Shown: positions 1 through 9,511 of the stretch, piece by piece
Layout of the letters: every line of letters begins with the position of its first letter
How positions within the stretch are numbered: the stretch's first letter is position 1
Source: Spirochaetia bacterium
Lineage (GTDB): Bacteria > Spirochaetota > Spirochaetia > DSM-27196 > Salinispiraceae
Assembly: GCA_038204425.1 (NCBI GenBank)
Contig: JBBRCZ010000001.1
Location: 64,001-128,000 of the forward strand
Direction of reading: 5' to 3'
Length of the DNA stretch: 64,000 nt
Notes under the pieces: model-generated
Seen by the model: only the letters and a program-made list of their open reading frames with translations
The model's database searches: none
Told to the model about the DNA's origin: nothing
Position numbers and translations under genes: made by a program

Positions 1-261
1 ATTCAACTCGAGCAGCAACGAGTTCTACTCAAACGCGGTGACAACTTTACCTTTTCTTTTGGTGTACGTGAAATTGGACCGATGGTTGGATTGCCGCCAG
101 CTGTCGGTAATACTGCGGTTATGGAACTACTTAAAAGCCCAATCATCAAAAATATTGACAATAGGATTGTGTGTACCGACGTAGAAGGGCTATCAAAACA
201 AGCTTCGTTCTATAGAAAAATGCAAAGAATCGAGCTCGCAAAACGAGAAAACAAACGTTAG
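1..261 (+). CDS. Partial CDS (C-terminus), probably a spirochaete Crp/Fnr-family cyclic-nucleotide-binding protein
   Basis: Frame 1 is open from base 1 to TAG at 259-261 (IQLEQQRVLL...FTFSFGVREIGPMVGLPP...KQASFYRKMQRIELAKRENKR). It resembles the C-terminal helical part of Treponema Crp-like proteins from memory. Not in the ORF track. Confidence 0.5.
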   Translation: MQLEQQRVLLKRGDNFTFSFGVREIGPMVGLPPAVGNTAVMELLKSPIIKNIDNRIVCTDVEGLSKQASFYRKMQRIELAKRENKR

Positions 262-273
262 TACCATCGTTAA

Positions 274-1557
274 TTAGATTAGCTCCATTGTTTTTTGTAT
301 TGATTGCGCAAGGCGATCTAAGGCTTTGGCGCTATGTCTATTTCCAATAAAGCACGCTTCAAACTGCGAAGGCGGAAAGTATACAGCCTTAGCCAGCAGT
401 GCATGGAAAAATCGGCCAAAAAGCAAACTGTCACTTGCAAGGGCATCACTTAAGTTGTTGACCGGCCTTGGGTTTGCAAAGATGGTAAACAGGCTTTGAC
501 ATTGAGCGAGTCCAAAACGAGTTTTATCAATTGCGCGATCAAGTTTTTGATAGAAAGCGGCGCTTTTTTCGGCAAGTTGCTGGTAGGTCTCAGGGTTTTT
601 TAACTGTTTTAAGACTTGATAGCCGGCTGCCATAGCGAGTGGATTGCCTGAAAGTGTCCCGGCCTGATAGACAGGTCCAAGTGGTGCTATAAGCGTCATA
701 AGTTGTTTTGACCCACCATAACAGGCAGCTGGCAGACCCGCACCTATAATTTTACCTAAACAGGTAATATCAGGAACTATGCCAAAGACTGCTTGAGCAC
801 CGCCCCAAGCCAAGCGAAAGCCTGTAATTACTTCATCAAAAATAAGTAAAGAACCATGTGCTGTGCAAAGACCGCGTAAGCATTGCAAAAAACCGTGTAC
901 TGGTAAAATTAGGCCCATGTTGGCAGCGACCGGCTCCACTATTACGGCGGCTACCTGAGTACCTTTTTCTAAAAAAAATCGCTTGAGCGCCTCACTATCG
1001 TTATATGGTAAACTTACGGTGTTTTGAATCTGATCCTGGACAATACCACTACTCGCGCTACTAACTTGGTTTAAGACGCCAGAACCGGCTTTTACCAAAA
1101 GACTATCAACATGGCCATGGTAGCAGCCATCAAATTTTACAATCAATTGTCTGTTGCTGGCTGCGCGCGCCAGTCTGATTGCGCTCATGGTGGCTTCCGT
1201 GCCGGAACTAACAAAACGCATCATCTCCATGCTTGGAAATGCATCCTTTATAAGCTCCGCCAGTTTGTTTTCTTGTATGCTTGGAGAACCCAACGAACAA
1301 CTTAGTTTGCATTGAGACTGAATAGCCTTTACTACTTTTTTGTTGCCGTGGCCAAGAATATGCACACCCCAGCTTTGCACGAGGTCTAAGTAGGGCTTGC
1401 CACTAAGATCAAAGAGATAGGCGCCCTGGGCTTTTTTGAAAAATAATGGATTGCCGCCAACCGCAGCAAAGCTTCTTACGGGGCTGTTGACCCCGCCAGG
1501 AAAAAGCTCTTTGGCCTGGGCAAGAGCCTGTGCTTGTTTGTCTGCGCCCGGTGGCAA
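274..1557 (-). CDS. hemL: Glutamate-1-semialdehyde 2,1-aminomutase
   Basis: PGGVNSPVR, SSGTEATM, GCYHGH, FDEVITGFR, LGKIIG (PLP lysine) and YQAGTLSGNP motifs; lies in the hem cluster. Confidence 0.97.
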   Translation of the reverse strand: MPPGADKQAQALAQAKELFPGGVNSPVRSFAAVGGNPLFFKKAQGAYLFDLSGKPYLDLVQSWGVHILGHGNKKVVKAIQSQCKLSCSLGSPSIQENKLAELIKDAFPSMEMMRFVSSGTEATMSAIRLARAASNRQLIVKFDGCYHGHVDSLLVKAGSGVLNQVSSASSGIVQDQIQNTVSLPYNDSEALKRFFLEKGTQVAAVIVEPVAANMGLILPVHGFLQCLRGLCTAHGSLLIFDEVITGFRLAWGGAQAVFGIVPDITCLGKIIGAGLPAACYGGSKQLMTLIAPLGPVYQAGTLSGNPLAMAAGYQVLKQLKNPETYQQLAEKSAAFYQKLDRAIDKTRFGLAQCQSLFTIFANPRPVNNLSDALASDSLLFGRFFHALLAKAVYFPPSQFEACFIGNRHSAKALDRLAQSIQKTMELI

Positions 1558-1568
1558 ATGTTTGTGTT

Positions 1569-2564
1569 TTATAACGTGTTCCTTGCCAATAAATAGTCTT
1601 CGGCTGCATAGCTGAGGATCAAGTCGCTTCCTGCTCGCTTAATAGCTGTGAGTGTTTCTTCTAATGCCAATCGGTAATCTATGACACCTGCAGCCGCCGC
1701 CGCTCTCAGCATCATAAATTCACCAGAGGTATGATAGGCTGCCAAGATGATATCTGGAAACTTGTTCTTGGCTCTGGCAACTAGATCAAGATAGAGTAGA
1801 GCTGGTTTTATCATTACAGCAGTCGCGCCCTCTTCAATATCAGCTTCAATTTCGCTGATGGCCTCTTGTGGATTGCGGTAATCCATCTGGTAAGTCTTGC
1901 GATCTCCAAAACTTGGGCTCGAGCCAGCTGCCATTCTAAACGGGCCATAAAATGACGAAGAAAATTTGGCTGAATATGAGAGTATGTTAACGTTTTTTTG
2001 GTCGGAACTCTGATAGCCGTTCTCAGCCAGAAGTGTTTTGATCGCTAGAACCTGTCCATCTATCATTGCCGACGGTGCTACCCAGTCTACACCCGCTTGG
2101 GCGTGAGCAAGGGCCATTTTTGCAAGAGCGGCAGCACTGGGGTCATTGTCAAGGTGTATCTTGTCGGGCCCAATTATTCCACAATGACCATGGCTGGTGT
2201 AGGCGCACAGGCAAATATCACTGTAGACAATTAGATTCGCAAAACTGTCTTTAATGAGTCTTATAGCCTGGCAAACAATACTTGATTCTTGCCATGAGGC
2301 TTCTGCGTTGAGACTTTTTTTTTGATGATTGACTTGACCAAACAAGAGCACTTTGTTGATCCCCAAAGTAATAAATCGCTCGAGATAACTTAGCAGTCTA
2401 TCAAGACCTACGTGCATGGTTCCATCTAAGCCAACAATTGGGTAAAACGCTGTTCGGTCTTCCACCAAAAAAATAGGCTGAATAAAGTCGAGGGCTGAGA
2501 GGGAAGTTTCTGCAAGAGCATCACGCGTTGCTTGGTCGATGCGTCGCTGATGAAAGCGTCTCAT
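1569..2564 (-). CDS. hemB: Porphobilinogen synthase (Zn-binding type)
   Basis: DICLCAYTSHGHCG Zn motif, SYSAKFSSSFYGPFR, GDRKTYQMD, MIKP. Start moved to the ATG at 2564, which overlaps the upstream stop (ATGA). Confidence 0.96.
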   Translation of the reverse strand: MRRFHQRRIDQATRDALAETSLSALDFIQPIFLVEDRTAFYPIVGLDGTMHVGLDRLLSYLERFITLGINKVLLFGQVNHQKKSLNAEASWQESSIVCQAIRLIKDSFANLIVYSDICLCAYTSHGHCGIIGPDKIHLDNDPSAAALAKMALAHAQAGVDWVAPSAMIDGQVLAIKTLLAENGYQSSDQKNVNILSYSAKFSSSFYGPFRMAAGSSPSFGDRKTYQMDYRNPQEAISEIEADIEEGATAVMIKPALLYLDLVARAKNKFPDIILAAYHTSGEFMMLRAAAAAGVIDYRLALEETLTAIKRAGSDLILSYAAEDYLLARNTL

Positions 2565-4648
2565 AAATGTGAGTCCAGCGCAGCCTGGGTTTGTCTCCCG
2601 CGGCAATGCACAAGCACACGCTTCCACCAAGCAAGCGAGCGACTCGATTTGCTGTCAAGTTCTGGGAAAGAAGCAAAAAAGCTCTCAACTGTGGATGGCG
2701 AAGTAAAGACAACATGGTCATAGCGCTCAAGTTCGTCAAACGAGCAATGTGACGCTTGGTTAATCTCCACTGTATGATAGATGTTTATGCATGCTACTTG
2801 GTGGCTCCTCTCGGAAAGCAAGCGCGGGATAAGGTCCAAAGCCTTATCAGAACGAGGTAATAAGATTCGTTGGTTACCTTGGTTTTGATTGCAAAAAGCT
2901 TCTACCAAGCCTTGAGAATCTTCTTGCTCTGCCGTTAGATCAGCAATTAACCCGTAATGTGCCAGCGCCGCTTTGGTGGTCTGTCCAATAGCTGCTACTT
3001 TAACACCGTGAAGTAGCCTGAGGTCCAATGTTCTTTTTTTGAGCAGGTTTGTATAAGCTTCAACAGTATGGCGGCTGGTAAAGATTAACCAATCAAAAGG
3101 CATTGGTTCTTTAAACAGCACCGTGAGAGCCGGGGCAGCAATTTCTTGTTCGTTTAATGGCTGAATAGCTATAAAGGGAAGGTGAGTGACCCTAGCTAAG
3201 CCAATGCCGAGCCGCTTTATTTGGTCTTGCGTCGCAAGGTCGGGACCAGTCCATAACACGCGTGGTTGGCGGTCAAACCAGTCGTTTCCGGCGCGTTGAT
3301 CGACGGTAGGCCCACCGATTAGCAGAATCGGTCCGTCGCCTTCCGGCAAATCTTGACTTGGTAGTTCTGCCAAGCTTACTAGTTTAGTGATTTGGTCCTT
3401 GGCCGCAGCGTTGCGAACCCAGACAAAATTGGTCTTGTCAGAAAGTCCTGCGTCAAACGCTTTGGTCCGAATTTCTTCCCTGGCTTCTGATGCCATAAAA
3501 AAAACGTTGGTGTCGGCGTAAGTCCAATTTATTTTTTCTGCAGGCCAAGCATTTATTAAGCTTACACTAGTTGCTTTGCCGCGCTCACTTAATGGTATAC
3601 CTGCAAATGCGGCTGCCGCTTGAGCAGAAGAAATCCCCGGTATGAGTTGGTAATCGACCAAGCGGCGCCCGAGAAATGCGGCTTCTTCACTGCCTCGCCC
3701 AAAGACCAAAGGGTCTCCACCTTTTAACCTGACAACATTCTTGCCTTCAAGCGCTGCCTCATACATGATTTGATTGATCTCGTCTTGCTTTTTTTCATGG
3801 ACTTTTTTTCGCTTGCCGACGTAAACGGTTTCGGCTTTGATGCCTGCAATAAGACTCAAATCGAGTAAGGCATCGAAAAAAACCAGGTCGGCTTGGTCGA
3901 CTAGTTTTTTTCCCCATTGACTGATCAGCTCAGCATTACCAGGACCCGCTCCAACTAAACTCACAGCTCCCCATTTCTTTCGTACGTCCAGACCAGCAAA
4001 GTTTTGCTTCATTCGAGCGTAATTCTGCCTACCGACGAGTGCAAGCTGGCCTTGTAGCGGATGGGTTTGTAGTGGCAAATGCGTTCCCGGGGGCAGATTT
4101 AGGCGCTTTAACGCACAGGCGGCAACTACAATGGCGTCAATCTCATTGCTCTGCAAATAGCTTAATCGTTCGGCAATGGTACCGCGCACGCCCACAATGT
4201 CTAAATCTGGGCGCAGAGCAAGCATGCCGTCTCGTCTTGTTGGCGAACTTGTGGCCACGCGGGCACCATGAGGTAAATCTTGCCAAGTGTAGTTGTGCTT
4301 ACTGCAAAGTTGGTCATGTGCTAGACTCGCCAAACTAAGCGCCCACACGCTAAGACCTTGAGCCAATGGCCACGGCAGGTCTTTGGCAGAATGGAGTGCA
4401 CAATCACATTCGCCTTTAAGCACTGCAAGATCGAGGTCCCGGGTAAAAAAATCTTCGTCCGTTGCGCCATCCAACAGCGACGTTTTTTTGTCTCTGTCAC
4501 CCGGACTTTCAAGCAGAACAGGCACAAAATGAAGTGTTTGTTTAAATAGGAGAGCATTATAGGCTTGGACAAACTCACTAAACTGGGCTTGTGACAAGGG
4601 ACTCGATCTTATAGCAACTTTTATTTCTGACAGTTCTTGCCCCCTCAA
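2561..4648 (-). CDS. hemC-cobA-hemD: Fused HemC (truncated hydroxymethylbilane synthase) / CobA (uroporphyrinogen-III C-methyltransferase) / HemD (uroporphyrinogen-III synthase)
   Basis: HemC part: IRSSPLSQAQ, GDRDK, HSAKDLP, TSSPTRR, VRGTIAERL. CobA part: SLVGAGPG, VVRLKGGDPLVFGRGSEE, IPGISSA. HemD part: WLIFTS, AAIGQTT, LLPRS, VVFTSPSTV. Confidence 0.93.
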   Translation of the reverse strand: MRGQELSEIKVAIRSSPLSQAQFSEFVQAYNALLFKQTLHFVPVLLESPGDRDKKTSLLDGATDEDFFTRDLDLAVLKGECDCALHSAKDLPWPLAQGLSVWALSLASLAHDQLCSKHNYTWQDLPHGARVATSSPTRRDGMLALRPDLDIVGVRGTIAERLSYLQSNEIDAIVVAACALKRLNLPPGTHLPLQTHPLQGQLALVGRQNYARMKQNFAGLDVRKKWGAVSLVGAGPGNAELISQWGKKLVDQADLVFFDALLDLSLIAGIKAETVYVGKRKKVHEKKQDEINQIMYEAALEGKNVVRLKGGDPLVFGRGSEEAAFLGRRLVDYQLIPGISSAQAAAAFAGIPLSERGKATSVSLINAWPAEKINWTYADTNVFFMASEAREEIRTKAFDAGLSDKTNFVWVRNAAAKDQITKLVSLAELPSQDLPEGDGPILLIGGPTVDQRAGNDWFDRQPRVLWTGPDLATQDQIKRLGIGLARVTHLPFIAIQPLNEQEIAAPALTVLFKEPMPFDWLIFTSRHTVEAYTNLLKKRTLDLRLLHGVKVAAIGQTTKAALAHYGLIADLTAEQEDSQGLVEAFCNQNQGNQRILLPRSDKALDLIPRLLSERSHQVACINIYHTVEINQASHCSFDELERYDHVVFTSPSTVESFFASFPELDSKSSRSLAWWKRVLVHCRGRQTQAALDSHL

Positions 4649-5586
4649 TGCGCATGCTCCAAGTTATTTGAACAATGTTGCTGCCATGTCAATCTGGAAC
4701 TTTGCTGCTTAGCTAGCCAGCTTTCTAAATGGCTACGCAGCAAAGTATGGGCCTTATTGGCCTTGTTTTGTCGTTCGGTTTGATTGAGTTTTGATATGGA
4801 TTCGATTGCTGCAAGATCAAAATACTCAATATGGTTTCGATGCATGCAGGCAGGATCGACGTCTGGTGGAGCGGACAAATCAATCAAAACCAGCGGTTGG
4901 GTTTTCTTAACGCTTGCATCGCGAAGTACAAAGTGGCGTGGCCTAATCAAATAGTGTGGTGCCGAGGTACAAGATATTACGCAATCGGCATCAATCAAAA
5001 TTCTGTCGAGGTCGGATAGAGGACTCGCTTTGACGTTATAAACTTGAGCCAGTTGGTTCGCAAGTGTTGCATTGCGATTCGCAAGTATTGTCCCGGAAAG
5101 TGGTTTATTGCTCAAATAGTTTAAGATTGATTTGCTAATCTCGTTTATGCCAATAATCACGACATTGTAAAACTGCCTTTGTTCGAGCAAATTAACGGTT
5201 ATTTGTCCATGGCCAATACTGCCGCGATCGAGCCCGGTTTGGTGGCGTACTAATTTGCCACAACGTAGGGCTTGCTGAAATAGCAGATGCAAGTCTGAGT
5301 TAATGGTTCGTTTTTCTATCGCTGCGAGATAGGTAGATTTTACCTGTCCTTGAATAGCCTTTTCACCTATAATTGGACTCTTGAGACCGGCGGTGACACT
5401 GGCCAAATGTTCTATTACTGGCATGGTTATTGGTCCTGATCCAAAAAAAAGCTCAAGTCGGTCACAAGTTTCTAGAACAACATAGTGTTTAATCTGACCT
5501 GTTAGCAAAAAATCTGCTAACAGCACACGTTGTTCCAATCTAAGTTTTGAGTCTGGTGTAAATGTTTTAAAAGATACCATAGTCAT
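4645..5586 (-). CDS. hemA: Glutamyl-tRNA reductase, short divergent form
   Basis: ETCDRLE (catalytic Cys; TCNR-like), HLASVTAGLKSPIIGEKAIQGQVK, ANRN, ISCTSAPH, IDLSAPPDV; first gene of the hem cluster. Confidence 0.88.
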   Translation of the reverse strand: MTMVSFKTFTPDSKLRLEQRVLLADFLLTGQIKHYVVLETCDRLELFFGSGPITMPVIEHLASVTAGLKSPIIGEKAIQGQVKSTYLAAIEKRTINSDLHLLFQQALRCGKLVRHQTGLDRGSIGHGQITVNLLEQRQFYNVVIIGINEISKSILNYLSNKPLSGTILANRNATLANQLAQVYNVKASPLSDLDRILIDADCVISCTSAPHYLIRPRHFVLRDASVKKTQPLVLIDLSAPPDVDPACMHRNHIEYFDLAAIESISKLNQTERQNKANKAHTLLRSHLESWLAKQQSSRLTWQQHCSNNLEHAH

Positions 5587-5627
5587 TAGTCAGCTCATTA
5601 ATTTGGCTGAACTCTCCTGCAGTGGCG

Positions 5628-6605
5628 CTAGCCAATTTTGAGCATTCGCTCAACTGAGGAGCGGGCTTTCCTGGCTATCTCGACGTCAACAAGAACCTCA
5701 AAAGTCAGGGTTTGCAGGCTGTGCAATATTTTATCCAAAGTAATTCTCTTCATGTGTGGACACGTATGGCAGGTGCTAATAAAGTTTTTGCCAGGAAACT
5801 GGCTGCGCAAGTTGTCGCCCATACTACATTCAGTAATTAGCAAAATATTGGACTTTCCCGATCTCTCAATCGCACCTTCCATCTGACTTGTCGAACCGGC
5901 GAAGTCGGCCAATTCGGTAACTGTGGTGTCGCATTCAGGATGTGCGACCACCATCAAATCAGCAAACTGATTACGAGCGGCTGCAACATCTTCTGGTCGA
6001 TAGAGCTCATGAACCATACATTTGCCTTTTTCCCAAGCAATAATCTTTTTGTTGGTCATTTTTGCGACGTTTTTTGCAAGATAGGCGTCAGGGAGAAAGA
6101 TTACCGTGTCACTATCTAGGCTGTTTACTACCTTAACTGCATTTGATGAGGTGCAACAAATGTCAGTTTCTGACTTTGCGTCAGCCGTACAGTTGACGTA
6201 GGTTACAACCGGTACTCCCGGGTACTGAGCCTTTAGTGCGCGAATGTCGTCAGAGTTAATGCTCTCAGCCAACGAACATCCGGCTTCTGGGTCAGCAATA
6301 AGCACCATTTTGTTGGGATTGAGGACTTTAGCGGTTTCGGCCATAAAATGCACACCGTTAAACAGTATAATCTTGGCATCGGTTTCGGCAGCAAGTCTAC
6401 TTAGGCCCAAACTATCGCCTACAAAGTCTGATACACCCCAATAGACGTCAGGCGTCATGTAGTTATGCCCAAGCACTACCGCTCCCAGTTTGTGCTTGAG
6501 ACTCTGTATTGCTTCTATGGTTTCCATGGCCTCTTCGACTTCGTGCGACGGCATAGTGACCAATAGTCTATTTTGTACTTCACGGTGATCGTAAGTCAAC
6601 TTCAT
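5628..6605 (-). CDS. nadA: Quinolinate synthase NadA
   Basis: [51 protein letters not shown]. Confidence 0.96.
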   Translation of the reverse strand: MKLTYDHREVQNRLLVTMPSHEVEEAMETIEAIQSLKHKLGAVVLGHNYMTPDVYWGVSDFVGDSLGLSRLAAETDAKIILFNGVHFMAETAKVLNPNKMVLIADPEAGCSLAESINSDDIRALKAQYPGVPVVTYVNCTADAKSETDICCTSSNAVKVVNSLDSDTVIFLPDAYLAKNVAKMTNKKIIAWEKGKCMVHELYRPEDVAAARNQFADLMVVAHPECDTTVTELADFAGSTSQMEGAIERSGKSNILLITECSMGDNLRSQFPGKNFISTCHTCPHMKRITLDKILHSLQTLTFEVLVDVEIARKARSSVERMLKIG

Positions 6606-6683
6606 ATCTTATAATAGTAATGAGGGCCGCCTTTGGCTATACACTTAGGATTCTTAGATTGATTTTTCTGGCAAGGCGTCTTT

Positions 6684-7769
6684 CTAGATAGTCGTTTTTT
6701 GCCCGCTCGGGTGTGCAATCGAAACTTTGTTGCGTCCTGCATGCTTGGAGTCGTACATGGCACTATCTGCTCGGTCGATAAAGGTGTGGGTATTAACGTC
6801 AATGTTGGCGTTGTATTCCACCACTCCCATCGAAACAGTCAACGATATCGGTTGATCATTGTAGACAAAATCATTGTCGGCAATTGTCGCCCGTATTCGT
6901 TCACTGATGGTAAAGGCTGCATTTGTTTCGGTGTCTGGCAACAAAAGTACAAATTCTTCACCACCATAGCGGGCGGCTAAGTCTGTTTGTCTAACGTTGC
7001 CAAGTATGACCGAGCAGACTTGTTTGATAACTTCATCACCGCAGACATGCCCGTAGGTGTCGTTTAAGTCTTTAAAATGGTCAATATCTATCATAACTAG
7101 CGAAAGCGGATATTTTTCTTGACGAGCATGTACCATGTGGTCTTGGAGCACATCAATAAAGAAATGGCGTAATTTTAACTTGGTCATTATGTCGGTTGTG
7201 GTGACTTCATAAAGAAACGCGTTGTGTACAGCTATACCTGCCAGTGTCGTTATATCCATCACATAATCCCGTTCGTCTTGGGTAATCTTGGTACCTTCAA
7301 TAGGGTCACCAAGTACCAAAATACCGTTGATCATGCTTTTTGAACGCATAGGAACAACCAAGTAGGGTTCAAGAATTGCTAAGGCGCCAAGGTTTTTTAC
7401 TTCCGGGCAGGCACTTAACAATTCTTCAAAAGTATGGCAGCGAAAATTTTCTTGAAAATAAGCTAAAAGTATATGGTCTTCTGAGATTATGTAGTCTACT
7501 GAATGGTCAATATCAAAGCCCACAATGCTGCGGTGCAGGTACAGGTGTTGCTTGTCTATCTCTTTGCGGGCAAACAGGCCTGCTTTGAGTACCTTTAACT
7601 GACCCATGCAGATATACAAAATAGATTGAACCAGATTGTTATAGTCTAGGTTGGAATTAAGACTCTTGCTGATTTCAACCAATTGTTTTGCATCGAAGAG
7701 TTTTTTTTCATAGTCTTTTTGCATGAGGCGCATTTGTTCTGACAATTGATGCCTTTTTTTGACCAGCAA
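6684..7769 (-). CDS. GAF-GGDEF diguanylate cyclase
   Basis: GAF-like N-terminus followed by DIDHFK..NDTYGH..GD and an RQTD I-site next to RYGGEEF. TTG start with GAGGAG upstream; TTGCCA-N17-GATAAT promoter-like element upstream. Confidence 0.93.
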   Translation of the reverse strand: MLVKKRHQLSEQMRLMQKDYEKKLFDAKQLVEISKSLNSNLDYNNLVQSILYICMGQLKVLKAGLFARKEIDKQHLYLHRSIVGFDIDHSVDYIISEDHILLAYFQENFRCHTFEELLSACPEVKNLGALAILEPYLVVPMRSKSMINGILVLGDPIEGTKITQDERDYVMDITTLAGIAVHNAFLYEVTTTDIMTKLKLRHFFIDVLQDHMVHARQEKYPLSLVMIDIDHFKDLNDTYGHVCGDEVIKQVCSVILGNVRQTDLAARYGGEEFVLLLPDTETNAAFTISERIRATIADNDFVYNDQPISLTVSMGVVEYNANIDVNTHTFIDRADSAMYDSKHAGRNKVSIAHPSGQKTTI

Positions 7770-7863
7770 GCGGTTGCTCCTCTTCGGATCTAATTATCGA
7801 GAAAAATGGCAGTCTTGGCAAGTCAAATAATTCTTACTCAATTTTGCCATTTATCATCCAGTA

Positions 7864-8505
7864 TTAGTTTCTTAAATGTTTCATATGTGGGCTATTTTGA
7901 TACAATTTTCCGAGTTTTTCTATGGCCTTTAGTCGGCAAATTGCATCTTCAACTGCTTCAATGAGTAGAGCGAGTCGTTGTTTGCAGGATCGGCACTCAA
8001 GTACTGCTTGTTTTTGTGTCTGATTGAGTAGCTTTGTGCCAGAAAGCAAGTAGCTCAAGTCGTTAATATCCATCTGAGCAAGACTTCCGCCGACAGCTGC
8101 TGAGCCCGATACACGAAAAAGTATTGCCATTAAACGGATTAAGCGTAATCGAAGATCGTCCAGGTCGGCTGAGCTTTCTTGATAGGTTTCGATAGTTCGT
8201 ATTCCAGTCTGCCAACTTGGCCGCTTGAAAAATGACGGACCTTCAATTTCAAAGGGCAGACTGCCTTTTACCACAAGTTCTAAATGATTGTCTTTTTTTG
8301 GTTCAAAAAGGGCAACAATGTTGGCTAGGCAGCCAATTTTACTCAAACGAGTACCGTCATTATAGATTAAACCAAGTTCACTTTTAGTTAGGTGGCAGTT
8401 ATAAAGGCCTTCCTTTTGGCGCTCATTGCAAACATCCAAGATCATCGTTTCGCCGGGAAGCAAAACAATATCTATGCTTAGGATAGTTACGTCTGGTATG
8501 GTCAC
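7864..8505 (-). CDS. Lon peptidase N-terminal (substrate-binding) domain protein
   Basis: VLLPGE...IGCLANI...KG..F pattern and QKQAVLE...RL helix typical of stand-alone LON_N proteins; divergent. Confidence 0.65.
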   Translation of the reverse strand: MTIPDVTILSIDIVLLPGETMILDVCNERQKEGLYNCHLTKSELGLIYNDGTRLSKIGCLANIVALFEPKKDNHLELVVKGSLPFEIEGPSFFKRPSWQTGIRTIETYQESSADLDDLRLRLIRLMAILFRVSGSAAVGGSLAQMDINDLSYLLSGTKLLNQTQKQAVLECRSCKQRLALLIEAVEDAICRLKAIEKLGKLYQNSPHMKHLRN

Positions 8506-8672
8506 TTTTTGGTCCCTATACAGTTCCTGTGTTTTGTAGCTACTAATTAAGGTAACGCAAGTCTTGGCAATTCCAAGCTAATAGACAGATATCGAAGATA
8601 TAACTGAACAAAGCAATGCACTTGCCAGTTTGGGGCGCTTTGTGGCAATCTGACACTGTGGAGAACAATAGA

Positions 8673-9443
8673 ATGCTGGAAAGAATAGAAGGCCTTGCCA
8701 ACAGCAATGCAGAGGCTCTAAAGCTTAACATCTACCCAGGTAGAGGTATTGTGGCTGGCCATAATCAAGAAGGTCAGCTTTTGGTGGTCTACTGGATCAT
8801 GGGAAGGAGCTCTAACAGTCGCAATCGCATGTTTGTGGCCGAAGGCGACCATGTGAGAACAGAGGCCGTTGATCCTGCACGGGTCGAAGACCCTTCTTTA
8901 ATTATCTATCATCCGCTTAGACAAGAACCTAGTGTGCTTTTTCTCAGCAACGGTGACCAAACAGATACGTTGTGGAAACAGTTTAGACATCAGCGGCTTG
9001 TTGCCGAAGGTGCTGGTGAGACCTTGCCCTCGTTGCTATCGGTTTGTACCCATGCTTTGCAGACTAGAACCTATGAACCCGATGCACCCAATTTTACCCC
9101 GCGTATTTCGTTGGTAGCAGGGACAAGCAAGGACTCAAGCGAGTACCTGCTTTCGATTCTAAAGATCGGAGAACTTGGGGACGGCTTTTGTCAACGAAAC
9201 TACTATCATTTTGAACGAGCAACACCTGGTTTTGGCCACTTGATTCATACCTACGTTTCAGACGGCGACCCCTTGCCAAGTTATTGTGGCGAGCCAGTCT
9301 TGGTTCCCATTCAGGATTCAGTGGAAGAAGCCTTGGCCTATTGGTGGGACAAGCTTAACCCTGAGCACCGCATCAGTCTTTTAGTGCGGAAGTTTGCTGC
9401 TGACGGAAGCTGGCAGCAAAAAATTATTAATCGTTTTGCTTAA
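8673..9443 (+). CDS. IMP cyclohydrolase-like protein (PurO-like Ntn fold)
   Basis: YPGRGI, YWIMGRSSNSRNR, DPSLIIY, SNGDQTD, YEPDAPNFTPRIS, HTY..DGDPLPSY. Start uncertain (8658 GTG or 8673 ATG). Confidence 0.85.
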   Translation: MLERIEGLANSNAEALKLNIYPGRGIVAGHNQEGQLLVVYWIMGRSSNSRNRMFVAEGDHVRTEAVDPARVEDPSLIIYHPLRQEPSVLFLSNGDQTDTLWKQFRHQRLVAEGAGETLPSLLSVCTHALQTRTYEPDAPNFTPRISLVAGTSKDSSEYLLSILKIGELGDGFCQRNYYHFERATPGFGHLIHTYVSDGDPLPSYCGEPVLVPIQDSVEEALAYWWDKLNPEHRISLLVRKFAADGSWQQKIINRFA

Positions 9444-9511
9444 ACATTTTACTTTTTGCCTTGACGTAGTCAAACTCTGCTTTTAACCTTTTCTTACGGA
9501 GGAGCTCATCC

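Noticed and set aside
6606..6683. NAD riboswitch, NrtR or Rex site upstream of nadA
   Set aside because: The gap is short, with no convincing palindrome or aptamer fold.
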